The notes beneath the pieces are model-generated. The model was not told the origin of the DNA. It saw only the letters and a program-made list of their open reading frames with translations, and did not search any database. The position numbers were made by a program, and so were the translations under genes. 61,490 bases of DNA from a virus (lineage: Duplodnaviria > Caudoviricetes): the IMG/VR virus record IMGVR_UViG_3300035665_000036, positions 1-61,490 of that record. The stretch is one strand, 5' to 3'. Numbering within the stretch: the stretch's first letter is position 1; every line of letters begins with the position of its first letter. Of this stretch, positions 28,248 through 38,111 are shown piece after piece.

Positions 28248-30937
28248 TGTTACCGGTCAGTGATGAGATGATTTTTGTTTTACCGACAAGATCATTGAAT
28301 TGTTCTTTTGTTATCGTTTCGAAAGGCGCTTGAGCAAACCCATGATCAGAATGTAATAAGAACGACAATGATTTGTGATTATGCTTGTAGTTTTCTCTTA
28401 GATATTGTTTGATATCTTCAATCTCTTCCTTGCGATAATACACGGTGCAACTTACACTGTTATCAGACCAAATTGATTGCAGCTTTTTGATCATCTTTAA
28501 CTGATCAATTGCTGTCATTTCTTTAGCCAATACAGTACCTTCTGGATAACTGAAAGGAAATGTCACCACCACTGTGTTGTAATCTTCAGAACCATCAAAG
28601 TTCTTCACGAATTCCACAGGGTAACCATTTTCTTTACATACACCGACTAAAGAATGCGAAGCCGCGATGCGTATTCTTCTGTACATATACTGTGCATATG
28701 CAGGATGAATACCTGGAGTCACACCTGGTAACAGTGATAATGTTCCAGAAGGTTTTACGGTTGTCAACTTGATTGAACGGTTCATGTTGTTTTCTTCTGA
28801 ATATTCTTCATCAAATATTCTTAAGAATTCATAACATTCATCCAACCAATCGATTTGTTCTTCAGTTGCTTGGAGAATACCAGTGACACCGATACCCATT
28901 CGCATGTTCTTGTGAACAATATGTTCTGTTTCTCTATTATGAGAAGGTAAGAGCAATGAATGTTTGTTTATGCGATACAGCAATTGAGCTACGTCAAATA
29001 ACTCTTCTTTCGATTCAATATTTGGCAAGAAAATTTCTGCCAAACAGCATGTCTCAAAATTTGCCAATGATTGTTCAGCACCTCTATTGTTACCTGCATT
29101 TGCAGGGATTAGTCATTTCTGCTAATCTCTATGTGTCGCCACATAGAACAGACTATATCACCACCCTTTTCAGGGGTTTATCATCCGAGCTTGTATTGAA
29201 ATGATGGAAGAACATACTCAGAAACTATTTCTTCAAACAATTCTGAGTGTGCATTTGGTACAGCTAAATCATATTTATTACCCTTTTTTCTGGTATTTAT
29301 TTCCAGACCAAAGGTATCTTTCAATGATCTTTTAATTAACATTAAATCACCATAAGATAAATTATTTAAATGCAATCGATAAGAAGGTTTTGAATTAGCC
29401 CATCTTTTATCTTGGTAACGGCTCCCATCTGCCATGAATGCTATTGCTAGCATTTCTTCATCCATCATTGTTAACATATGGGGATCAATTACCTTCCTAC
29501 CATCTAAATAAATTCTTTCTGCTATCTTTGTTAATTTAGGATGATTTTTAGATTGCAACCTTAACTGTTGCTCTCTGTTAAAGCCATCTGCTGTGTAAAT
29601 TTTAGGTTCCGTTAATTTATAACCTAACGGAATCTCTTCCAGTGTTAATATTACTTTTTCTAGATAATCTCTATGTTTTTCTAACATATTAATTACCAAA
29701 CATGCATTAATTGATTCTCCAAAATACTGAAGACATCCATCAAACATTGCATAAGAATACAAACGTTTATTCAAATCTTTACTCATAGTCGTTGCTCCTC
29801 CCATATCGGGTTGGATCAGGATTGTCTATAAAGACTTCCCCTGAATTTAGATAAATTAATTCAAAATAGATTACTCTATTAGGCCGCTAGCTTTAACGGA
29901 TTATAACCTTCTACGTCTGGGTCTGGATACTCAAATTCTCCAAGTCTACCTATTTTACGTGAAAGATCTAGATTAATAAGGCCATAGGGCTCAGAGCCTC
30001 CTTCATAGCCTCTCCAGAAATACTCATGCAAATCATTGATATCATTACATATTACACTGTTATTGCTCATTGCACGATATGATGGTATATTCCCCATGCT
30101 CCAGTTTTTTGCCAATAGATACTCAACGTCATCGGGATCACCAATTGCAATTTGAGCACTTCTACGGACATTACCGGCCACAATAATTGCACCGATAACA
30201 TTCATAATATCCAATGCATCTACAGGTCTGATCTTCTTTCCTTTCTTGTTTTCGAGTATTTTGGATATTTCACCGATACCCCAGCAGAGATCTTCTGGAC
30301 CGCTTGCAACTCCGCCAAAACCTTTAATTGGAGTTCCCTTACCACGGATGGCTTGTGTGGAATACGTAAAAGTGCCATTGTCTGCTGTCTCACTTAAAAA
30401 TGCAGACTTAAGAACTTTACCCAAGAATTTAACCCAACCTTCTCTTGAGTCCGGAATGATGTAATCTGCACCACCATTGTCAACTCTTGTCGGTGCTCTG
30501 AACCAATCTTTGACCGCAGGCAGCTTTTCCACATTCTTTTTCTGAATGTTAAAACCCACACCACTGCCTAAAGCCAGCATGTCCATCGCCCATGTGAATG
30601 GTCTGACAGGGCTATCGATTGTTGTGAAGGCACAATTTTGCAATGAAGCCAACCCATATCTACCAACTGTTGCTGTACCAGCTTGCCACCAATAGCGACC
30701 TGCCACAGAGCCTTTTAAACCCAATAAATGTAAAGCCAATCGGTATTCTTCATCTTTTGTGAAGCCACAACCAAATTGTTCGTCACATGCATTGATTACA
30801 CGTAACACAGTGTCAGGAAATTCCTCTGTCTCATCTGACACTTCGTTCAGCTTTCTTGCATAGGTTCTTTTGTAAGTTAAATAACCCACAGTTGACCAAG
30901 GAGTTTCGATCTTCGGTAATTCTTCTTTTGTTAGCAT
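28195..30937 (-). CDS. nrdJ: Class II (adenosylcobalamin-dependent, monomeric type) ribonucleotide reductase; exons 30937-29896 and 29081-28195, 642 aa spliced
   Basis: SLQNCAF, GGVASGP, VAGNVRRSA, the spliced motif GYNP-C-AEQSL..ETCCL, TTVKPSGT and C-terminal CASGICPIK. Confidence 0.93.
29082..29895 (-). mobile_element. Group I intron in nrdJ
   Basis: The 5' exon ends CCGU and pairs with IGS GCGG (U.G wobble). Core elements AAATTCAGGGGAA..GACAATCCTGA, GCAACGACTA and GATATAGTCT (P7) are present, with a terminal G. Removal restores the catalytic Cys codon T^GT. Confidence 0.9.
29181..29786 (-). CDS. Intron-encoded LAGLIDADG homing endonuclease (two-motif type)
   Basis: LYSYAMFDG and LAIAFMADG motifs. 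A GGAGGAG RBS precedes ATG 29786. Confidence 0.85.
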   Translation of the reverse strand: MSKDLNKRLYSYAMFDGCLQYFGESINACLVINMLEKHRDYLEKVILTLEEIPLGYKLTEPKIYTADGFNREQQLRLQSKNHPKLTKIAERIYLDGRKVIDPHMLTMMDEEMLAIAFMADGSRYQDKRWANSKPSYRLHLNNLSYGDLMLIKRSLKDTFGLEINTRKKGNKYDLAVPNAHSELFEEIVSEYVLPSFQYKLG

Positions 30938-30951
30938 TTTTATTCCTTTGT

Positions 30952-32574
30952 TTAAATAGAAGTGAACTCGTCATCGTGTGGAGCCTCAATCATTCTTCCA
31001 GTTTCATGTACGTAAAACAAGTCCCCACATGGGCCAGTTTGACCTGTTGTACGCGCCTTAAGTACAGAAGTATGTACTGTGTTTCTTTCATTCTCAGTTT
31101 CGGCTGCCATATTTCTTGCAAAGGCTATAATGTCATAACTGATTTGCTTAATGGAGCCTGAACCTTTGATATCATCCAATGATGGTAATCTACCCTCCTC
31201 AAATGACTTACCACCACTTGGAGCTTTTCTCAAGTGAGATACTAAGCCAATCCACACAGGATGCTTCTGAACAATTCTTGATAAATCATTCATCATCTTG
31301 TCTTGTGCTTCATTGCCTGTTAAATCTGCAACACCTTCAGAGACCAAGATTGTGATGTGATCTATGAATACATATCTGCATCCAATTAAACACATATAAA
31401 CAATCTTGTCCAGAATTGAACCATCCGTGAAGTTGCCTTCATGGTTCAGAAGTACAACTCTGTTATCACCGAAGACTTTATCAAAACCTTCTCTCAGCTC
31501 TTCCAGTGGTATTTCCTCATTTGCAGGGTTTCTACTGATTGCCATACCAGAAAGCTTAGAGCCTGTTTCAGCCGGTGTTTCTTCCAATGATATAATGCCA
31601 ATTTTATCTTCTGTTATGGCTAAGTTATTTAACATTATCTCTCTTAGCAGTGTTGATTTGCCCGATCCTGTACCGGATATAAATAAAGTTATCTCATTGA
31701 GTCTTTGACCTTTGAGCTTCTTATTTATTCGAGACATACAGTCAGGGTATGGTGTTGCAGGTATTTTGTCACGTTCTTCAATTGCTTTCCATATTTCATC
31801 TGGAGTTATGATTCCAGACGGTACATAAGGAGCTGCATCAAATATGACTTGCAATAACTTATTTCCACCCAATTCAAGAAGAATCTTGTTTGGATCTTTG
31901 AGCGGCAATTTAGCTATTTTGACCTTATCAATGCCAATGATCTTGATTGCTTCTTCAGTGGCTTTTTGACCAGCCTCATCAGAATCAAGACACAACACAA
32001 CTTCATTGAAAGACCTGATCCAATCACGATGTTCAATCAGAGATTTCACCATACTTGCAGACGACATACCTACCACGGGATAAATCTTTTTGTATTTATC
32101 CAGGGAAGCTTGTGCAACAGACATTGCATCAATCTCACCTTCCGTAATTATGAGTCTTCGACCTGCACCGTTGAACTTGTCTCTACCAAATAGCTCATCA
32201 GATTTGTTTACCCAGCTGAATGTCTTTGGAAGCTTACGTATTTTGTAAGCTTTGTCTTTGTCGTACGGATAATAGTGAGTGTCAATTTCACCGTTTTCTC
32301 CGTATGCGACTCTGACTCCAAAGAATTCAGTGACATCTTTTGAAATATCACGCTCAGCAAAGCCTCTGCACGGAAGCTCTTTTATGTCATCAACTGTCAA
32401 CTTCTTTGAATATTCTTTCTTATGTTCCACATAATCCTCATGGTCTTGTTTTGGAAAGAATGATTGGCAAGAGAAGCAGAAAGAAGTGCCGTCTTCATAT
32501 ATCTGACGAGCATCTGACGATCCACAACTCTTACTCAAACAAGGCTGATCTTTTACGACAACCTTACCCATCAA
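30952..32574 (-). CDS. T7 gp4-like primase-helicase
   Basis: Zn finger (C..SC...FCFSC), TOPRIM ITEGEIDA and LDSD, Walker A SGTGSGKST, FIDHI, SHLRK, GSGSIKQ. Confidence 0.95.
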   Translation of the reverse strand: MMGKVVVKDQPCLSKSCGSSDARQIYEDGTSFCFSCQSFFPKQDHEDYVEHKKEYSKKLTVDDIKELPCRGFAERDISKDVTEFFGVRVAYGENGEIDTHYYPYDKDKAYKIRKLPKTFSWVNKSDELFGRDKFNGAGRRLIITEGEIDAMSVAQASLDKYKKIYPVVGMSSASMVKSLIEHRDWIRSFNEVVLCLDSDEAGQKATEEAIKIIGIDKVKIAKLPLKDPNKILLELGGNKLLQVIFDAAPYVPSGIITPDEIWKAIEERDKIPATPYPDCMSRINKKLKGQRLNEITLFISGTGSGKSTLLREIMLNNLAITEDKIGIISLEETPAETGSKLSGMAISRNPANEEIPLEELREGFDKVFGDNRVVLLNHEGNFTDGSILDKIVYMCLIGCRYVFIDHITILVSEGVADLTGNEAQDKMMNDLSRIVQKHPVWIGLVSHLRKAPSGGKSFEEGRLPSLDDIKGSGSIKQISYDIIAFARNMAAETENERNTVHTSVLKARTTGQTGPCGDLFYVHETGRMIEAPHDDEFTSI

Positions 32575-32772
32575 TTACGCCTCATCTTTATTTAACAATT
32601 TTGAAATGGCTCTTATTGCAAAAATACAAAGAAGCATTACTGCCAAATAATCCTGTGAAGCAAATTCAGATAAGTCATGTAGATGAAGTGCCAATTTAAA
32701 ACCTGTATAGAAAAATTCTACAGCAAGACCCAGTAAAACAAAAGCTCCAATTACACGTGCAATAATTTTCAT
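32575..32772 (-). CDS. Small two-TM membrane protein
   Basis: Two hydrophobic segments. Confidence 0.55.
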   Translation of the reverse strand: MKIIARVIGAFVLLGLAVEFFYTGFKLALHLHDLSEFASQDYLAVMLLCIFAIRAISKLLNKDEA

Positions 32773-32773
32773 T

Positions 32774-33244
32774 TTATATTTCTCCTTTGAAATCGCCCCA
32801 AGACAGGGCTTTGTTTAAACGTTCTTTATGTCTTTCGGTTATATTTTCACTCACATTCCAAGAAATCTTTTCGATACGTTTGTTGTACCATTCCTTCTTG
32901 GTCGGTGCTTCCACGTGGCACAAAGACCATGTTTCTGCGTATGAAAGTGCTCCTTTGGCTTTGTATTGCTCTATGCAAATGAACTCAAAATCAGTCTTTG
33001 GTCTTTCGGCCAACATTTCTGAAATTGAATTACTTGAAGAGCAATATGTTTTCCAATTTGATTCTTGACCTTTATTTAACTTACCTGAGCCTTTGAAAAG
33101 TTTCTTTCCAAGATAGAAGCGTTTCATAAAGGGATCTCGAATCACATATATGAAACCCGAATAAGCATCTTTGTCCATCGGTTCTTCAAAATGCCAATGT
33201 CCATTTTTACTCAACGGTTTCACGATTACTTTAGGAATCACCAT
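32774..33244 (-). CDS. GIY-YIG-family endonuclease
   Basis: GFIYVI...FYLGKK...WKTYCSSS...E...WYN. Confidence 0.75.
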   Translation of the reverse strand: MVIPKVIVKPLSKNGHWHFEEPMDKDAYSGFIYVIRDPFMKRFYLGKKLFKGSGKLNKGQESNWKTYCSSSNSISEMLAERPKTDFEFICIEQYKAKGALSYAETWSLCHVEAPTKKEWYNKRIEKISWNVSENITERHKERLNKALSWGDFKGEI

Positions 33245-34106
33245 TTATGCTCCTAATAATATCCCAATGTGAACAACAGAAGTAGTCATTCATGTCTTTT
33301 TGTAAATACAACATCTTACCGTTTGCCAGCAAATATTCAAGCCATTCGTCTCCGTAAGCTCTCATATATTCTTCCACGACCACATACTGAAACTCATCTT
33401 CAATCGAAACATCAGCAAGTAGCTTTTTAGCCTTTACATCACCGACACGAGGTATGCCAGGAATATTGTCAGTCGGATCACCTTTCAAAAGTTGTTCATA
33501 GAATAACCTATGCGCATCTTCTTCAGAAACCTCTGTCAACTCCTGTTTCTTCATGTTGTAATGCTTACCTGGAATACAACGAAGATCCTTGTCTATGGAG
33601 CAGATGATGAAGTCTATGCCTTTTGAGCGTGCTTCTTCAGCCCAGATCCTCATGAGATCATCGGCTTCTCTACCATGTGCTTCCACAGCAAGTTCTTCGT
33701 GTACCAAAAGCTTTCTAAGCACAGGGACAAAACTATTTTGTTTATTCGGGTCTTTATGACGATTCATTTTATAACCCTCGTACATCAGGTTCCTAAAATT
33801 GTCTTCGCCTTTGACACCCATTAAAGCATCTGTTGCGTAGAACCTGTCACAAAGCTCTTGAAAGTCTTTTTTAACGTTGTCCAAACACTCTCTCAAATAT
33901 TTTGCGTCTTCCTCCTTAGTATATTCAAGAGCCTTTCTTTTACCATCTTCATCAAGCTCAATTATCGGTACTTCTTGTTCTTCACCGTCCAATGACGTGA
34001 CTGTTTGATATTGAACTTTTGTTTGCCACCTTGCTTTACAGGCTTGGTAGCAAAGAACATCACCATCAATTATTAGAAGGACGCTCATCCAATGCTCCCA
34101 ATTCAA
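33231..34106 (-). CDS. 5'-3' exonuclease / RNase H (T7 gp6-like)
   Basis: IIDGD, NFR..YK.NR, EADD, SIDKDL and GDPTDNIPG motifs. Confidence 0.92.
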   Translation of the reverse strand: MNWEHWMSVLLIIDGDVLCYQACKARWQTKVQYQTVTSLDGEEQEVPIIELDEDGKRKALEYTKEEDAKYLRECLDNVKKDFQELCDRFYATDALMGVKGEDNFRNLMYEGYKMNRHKDPNKQNSFVPVLRKLLVHEELAVEAHGREADDLMRIWAEEARSKGIDFIICSIDKDLRCIPGKHYNMKKQELTEVSEEDAHRLFYEQLLKGDPTDNIPGIPRVGDVKAKKLLADVSIEDEFQYVVVEEYMRAYGDEWLEYLLANGKMLYLQKDMNDYFCCSHWDIIRSINGDS

Positions 34107-34371
34107 CTGAGGTTTCCATGTAACGTAAGGTTCTGTCTATCTTTTCTGCCATTCGATCTGGATAAGGCTCCACATCCAAACCACAAACGGCTTTCAGCAG
34201 AGCCGTTATTGCAAACACATCAGACAATTCCATTTTCAACTCTTCAAAGTTGGTTCTTGGATAACCTGGTGCAGTGTGATGCGGTGTGAACCTTTGGCAT
34301 TTGGAAACACATTGTTGCACTTCTGCAAGCTCTTCTGACAAACAAGCCAGTAAATATTCTTGAACGTTCAT
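34066..34371 (-). CDS. MazG-like NTP pyrophosphohydrolase-fold protein
   Basis: EELAEV...ELSDV acidic motif. Confidence 0.65.
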   Translation of the reverse strand: MNVQEYLLACLSEELAEVQQCVSKCQRFTPHHTAPGYPRTNFEELKMELSDVFAITALLKAVCGLDVEPYPDRMAEKIDRTLRYMETSVELGALDERPSNN

Positions 34372-34380
34372 TTAATCTCC

Positions 34381-34920
34381 TTAATCAAAAAATGAAACTA
34401 ACACAACTCTGCGATTTTTGCAGTGAAACGGATATCTTCCATGAAACAGGTTTGCTTTGTATAGAAAAATTGAATTTTCAATGGCTGGATTGAAATGCCA
34501 TACTTCAAAATCCTCCATACTATTGAATATCTTGTCTTTAGTCAGTGCCCTGTCCCCATGGGTATTAGACGTGAATAAAGCAGTTCCGCTTTCATTGTCA
34601 GTTTCCAAATACAGCACAGAAGCCCATTTGGGTCTCCTGCCGAATATATTTCCATCAGAATGTATACGAATGCTTGTATCTTTTGTCTCATCGTTCAACC
34701 TTGCGAAAGATGCAATTGTTCTTTGCTGCCTTCCAAGTTCTTTTGACACAGCCAACTCTATACACGACTTTACTCTAAAGCTCAGGTCAGAATAATACAA
34801 GTCAGTACCGCCTATATCAATTGGCGTAAATAAATTATTAGAATACCTATCTTTTACTTGCTCCAGTTCATTGTTAGATAATACATTCTTTATCACCCTA
34901 TAATCATCAATGGATATCAT
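34381..34920 (-). CDS. 2OG-Fe(II) oxygenase-fold protein
   Basis: IHSD (HxD), VLYL...SGT, LFHGR (distal His), and an Arg on the last strand (RRVVLVSF). Confidence 0.75.
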   Translation of the reverse strand: MISIDDYRVIKNVLSNNELEQVKDRYSNNLFTPIDIGGTDLYYSDLSFRVKSCIELAVSKELGRQQRTIASFARLNDETKDTSIRIHSDGNIFGRRPKWASVLYLETDNESGTALFTSNTHGDRALTKDKIFNSMEDFEVWHFNPAIENSIFLYKANLFHGRYPFHCKNRRVVLVSFFD

Positions 34921-36778
34921 ACCACGAGTCTCCAATTTTACCATCACCGTCCATAATATTAACTCCGAATAGTTTTGGCCCCTCTCTGAAGGCGTTTACT
35001 CCAATTTCTCGTGCTCTTTCTGCATGTTCTTCAGGTACCATGAAGTCTATTTCATCGTGCATGAATATAAGTGGAATATATGGAATATTTTCTTTTTCCA
35101 AGTTTTCCATCGCAAGCATAACCGCTGCACTGCAAGTGATTTTCTCACAAGACTGCAAAAGATATACAAGCAACTTATGAAAGGAATCAACGTAAATGCG
35201 ATTACCAGCGATAGAAGGTATGTAGCCCTCTCCATTTTTACTTGTGCTCCCGTAAATTTTCTCAAGTTTTTCAGTTAACATCTTGAACCCTGGAACAGCC
35301 TTCACAAAGCCTTCCTTAAGTTTCTTGCCTTTTTTATCGTCAAAATATCCAAAGATATAACTCCAAAGTTTTGATCCACTTGCTCCAAACAAGAAAGCAT
35401 ATAGAATACGCTTTGCGACAGATCTTGGCACAACATGGTTAATTCCCATATCAGCAAGTACCCCTGTCAGCGTATCTGCGTTAAACTGATGAATATCTCC
35501 GTGTAGTAGTGTATCAATAAAAGTCTGATCTCCCAAGTAGTGCGCCAAACCTCTGGCTTGATTACCTGCAGAGTCACAACCAACAAGCTTCCAACCAGGA
35601 AGACAGCTGAACAAGCTTCTCATTTCTTTGCCCCACTTGCTGTCAGCAGACGGAACGTTCACGATGATGGAATGTCTGGCTCTCATACTGGGTGTCCCAA
35701 TTGTCATGCAGTCTCCATGAAGTCTGCCATTAGAATCTGTGTTTTCGATCCAACCTTTCAACACAGCCAATCTGGAACTTGCAGTCAAGAAATCAACGTA
35801 AAGTTTACCGTCACCTCCAAGGAATTCTAAACTGTCTTCCGTAATCTTTGGAGACATTTGGATTTTCTTGAATGTAATTGGATCTGTTTTGTAGTTGTAT
35901 TCTGTGGGAACCCAACCATTTCTGAACAGGAAAAGCTTTACGTCGGTGATTGAATCGAGGCTCAATTCTTTGAATTCCACTCTGGAGTATGGTCCAAGAA
36001 TCATTCTTTCTTCACCTTCAAAACCGCTATAAGGATCAATTTCAAACCAGTTTGCAGTGTGAGAATTGTAACAACCTTGCTTAGTCCATTTTGGTTCTTT
36101 CCACTCAACTTTGCCCAACTTCTTATCCTTGGCGACACACTTGATTCCAAGTCTAAAAGACAGTGCAGCATATGCCTTGTCTTTCTCAGCTTCAAGTCTC
36201 TTGACCATCTCAAGAGCATAGTCAAGATCAAATGGCCAACCCTCAAGAGAAGCCACGGCACACCACATAGACACTGCATGTTCGGCCTTGAGATACAATA
36301 CAATTTGAGGTGCTTTTTGCATTAATACAGTCAGCTCATCCACAAGGACATCATAGATCATCAAATTCAGATCCACGTCTCGTTCACCATATTCAAGCAT
36401 TTCTTGACTGAATTGTGTCCAATCATGGAAATCAATTTTTGGAAAACCAAGAGCTTGACCCCACACATCCAAACTATGACCTGCGTTGCCGAATCGCTTA
36501 TAATCTAAAACTTGTGACATTACCAAAGTGTCGTGAATACTGCAGTCTCTTGGCAGTCTCACATTAAATAACTTACGAAGTACCATTAAGTCATAACCAA
36601 TGATGTTATGACCTATCACCAAGGTAGCTTTTTCAAATATTGATTTCCAGCGAAGATCGTCCTCTAAGAAGTATTGTTTATCGCCTGTGTCAATGTCAAT
36701 GATCCACATGAGATGCATCTCCGTGACATCTCTCAGCAGATTATCTGTCTCGATGTCAAAGAGTATTCTCATCGTCAT
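34907..36778 (-). CDS. Family A (T7-like) DNA polymerase with 3'-5' exonuclease
   Basis: Exonuclease motifs FDIET, GHNIIGYD and Y.ERD. Motif A GCDSAGNQAR, motif B RSVAKRILYAFLFG, motif C MHDE. Confidence 0.95.
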   Translation of the reverse strand: MTMRILFDIETDNLLRDVTEMHLMWIIDIDTGDKQYFLEDDLRWKSIFEKATLVIGHNIIGYDLMVLRKLFNVRLPRDCSIHDTLVMSQVLDYKRFGNAGHSLDVWGQALGFPKIDFHDWTQFSQEMLEYGERDVDLNLMIYDVLVDELTVLMQKAPQIVLYLKAEHAVSMWCAVASLEGWPFDLDYALEMVKRLEAEKDKAYAALSFRLGIKCVAKDKKLGKVEWKEPKWTKQGCYNSHTANWFEIDPYSGFEGEERMILGPYSRVEFKELSLDSITDVKLFLFRNGWVPTEYNYKTDPITFKKIQMSPKITEDSLEFLGGDGKLYVDFLTASSRLAVLKGWIENTDSNGRLHGDCMTIGTPSMRARHSIIVNVPSADSKWGKEMRSLFSCLPGWKLVGCDSAGNQARGLAHYLGDQTFIDTLLHGDIHQFNADTLTGVLADMGINHVVPRSVAKRILYAFLFGASGSKLWSYIFGYFDDKKGKKLKEGFVKAVPGFKMLTEKLEKIYGSTSKNGEGYIPSIAGNRIYVDSFHKLLVYLLQSCEKITCSAAVMLAMENLEKENIPYIPLIFMHDEIDFMVPEEHAERAREIGVNAFREGPKLFGVNIMDGDGKIGDSWYDIH

Positions 36779-36971
36779 ATCTCCATAATACTATTTCTTC
36801 ACCTCTGAGTTCTACCACAATACCAACTGAAATAATACCTAAAAGAGGGAGTAAAATAAAATGAAATATAAAATCTTTCAGTGTAAATTTATACCATACG
36901 TTACATTTATATTCAATGAAGGATGCAATTACACCTAGAATAACCCATATTATCAACAAAGTAGTTAGCAT
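36756..36971 (-). CDS. Small membrane protein
   Basis: Two hydrophobic segments. Confidence 0.5.
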   Translation of the reverse strand: MLTTLLIIWVILGVIASFIEYKCNVWYKFTLKDFIFHFILLPLLGIISVGIVVELRGEEIVLWRYDDENTL

Positions 36972-37477
36972 CTCTCATCTCCAAAGATTTTTTGAACATC
37001 TTTCGCCAGAATGGGTTGATTATCATTTTCAATGTACATGATCAAGTACTGAAGATAAAATCTCGCCTTTTTGAGTTCTTGCAGCGGTGCATCTTTTTTA
37101 CCATTCCTGTCAAGATATTTCCTGATTTGAAGTTCCAAGGCTGTTTGAAAACTTTTTGGATCTTTCATTGTGGGCAACCTAGACATTGCATCAATCCATT
37201 GATAATCATCAATGTAATTTTGATAATGACTCGGAGTGACTGCATGCACGAATTTTTGACTCCATGCAAAATTCTTTTCAAGCTTGGAACGCCACTCTTC
37301 ATATTCAGCCACCGAATATAATGATCCAACATAATCATCTCCGTTATGTTGTTTTCTGAATACTTGCGTATACCCTGTCTTAATTAAATCTTCGTACGGA
37401 ATTGCATCAAAATTGGTGGTTTTGAGATGAATCTCGCCAGTCTCACTATTTATAAAAACATACTCATAATTGTTCAT
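36965..37477 (-). CDS. DUF3310-like (T7 gp1.7-related) protein
   Basis: VTPSHY...WIDAM...RKYLDRNGKKD...ELKKARFYL. A GGAGG RBS precedes ATG 37477. Confidence 0.75.
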   Translation of the reverse strand: MNNYEYVFINSETGEIHLKTTNFDAIPYEDLIKTGYTQVFRKQHNGDDYVGSLYSVAEYEEWRSKLEKNFAWSQKFVHAVTPSHYQNYIDDYQWIDAMSRLPTMKDPKSFQTALELQIRKYLDRNGKKDAPLQELKKARFYLQYLIMYIENDNQPILAKDVQKIFGDERC

Positions 37478-37495
37478 TTTTCCTCCTTTGGAAAT

Positions 37496-37521
37496 AAAAG
37501 GACTACCCGTCAAGGTAGTCC
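37496..37521 (-). terminator. Intrinsic terminator after ssb
   Basis: GGACTACC/GGTAGTCC stem plus a U-rich tail on the minus strand. Confidence 0.7.
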
Positions 37522-37534
37522 ATATTTGTGTCAA

Positions 37535-38056
37535 TTAGAATGCTGCAGCAGGTCTTCTTGAAGGTGGTGTTGGAGTTGCCGATGATGTTTCTTCTGAGAA
37601 ACTTTCTTCTTCCTCAGCATCATCGTAAGTTTCGAATCCATCAGAGTTCTGAGACTCATACTTCACGAGTTTCAAGATTTGAACGCCCAGTAGGATTTTG
37701 GCCTTGCTATCTTTTGGAGCCATGAAGCGAATATTGCCCAAAGAGCCGTTACCAATAGACCTTGGATCCACAGGTTGCATTTTACGATCCACAACTTCCA
37801 CAGGCTGATTTTCATTACCATCTTTGGAGTGTGTGTTCTTCTGAATGTTTGCTCTGTAATATAAACCACCGTTGACTTCGTCTTCCTCGGTTGTCACTTT
37901 AAAGCCGTAACCTTCCAATTCTTTCTTGGTGTCTTTGTTACTGGTTCTCATTTGTAATTCCCAGCGAGGATTCACTGTCTGCCCAGCCACTTTTGTGTTA
38001 GGGTGCTTAGGAGATAATTTTGACCACCAGATTTCCACTTCTTTAATAATTGGCAT
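37535..38056 (-). CDS. Probable single-stranded DNA-binding protein (T7 gp2.5-like)
   Basis: PVEVVD...IGNGS...L.GVQILKLVKY, with an acidic tail ending in Phe. First gene after a class B motif. Confidence 0.75.
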   Translation of the reverse strand: MPIIKEVEIWWSKLSPKHPNTKVAGQTVNPRWELQMRTSNKDTKKELEGYGFKVTTEEDEVNGGLYYRANIQKNTHSKDGNENQPVEVVDRKMQPVDPRSIGNGSLGNIRFMAPKDSKAKILLGVQILKLVKYESQNSDGFETYDDAEEEESFSEETSSATPTPPSRRPAAAF

Positions 38057-38087
38057 AATTCTTTACTCTTTTATAAAATTCACATGA

Positions 38088-38103
38088 GGGTTAATTTAAC
38101 GGG
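38088..38103 (-). promoter_or_regulatory. Class B promoter-like motif (copy 4), head of the replication module
   Basis: Exact 16-mer. Here it extends to AATTAACCCTCA, identical to the upstream half of the T3 promoter. Confidence 0.85.
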
Positions 38104-38111
38104 CTGCCTGA

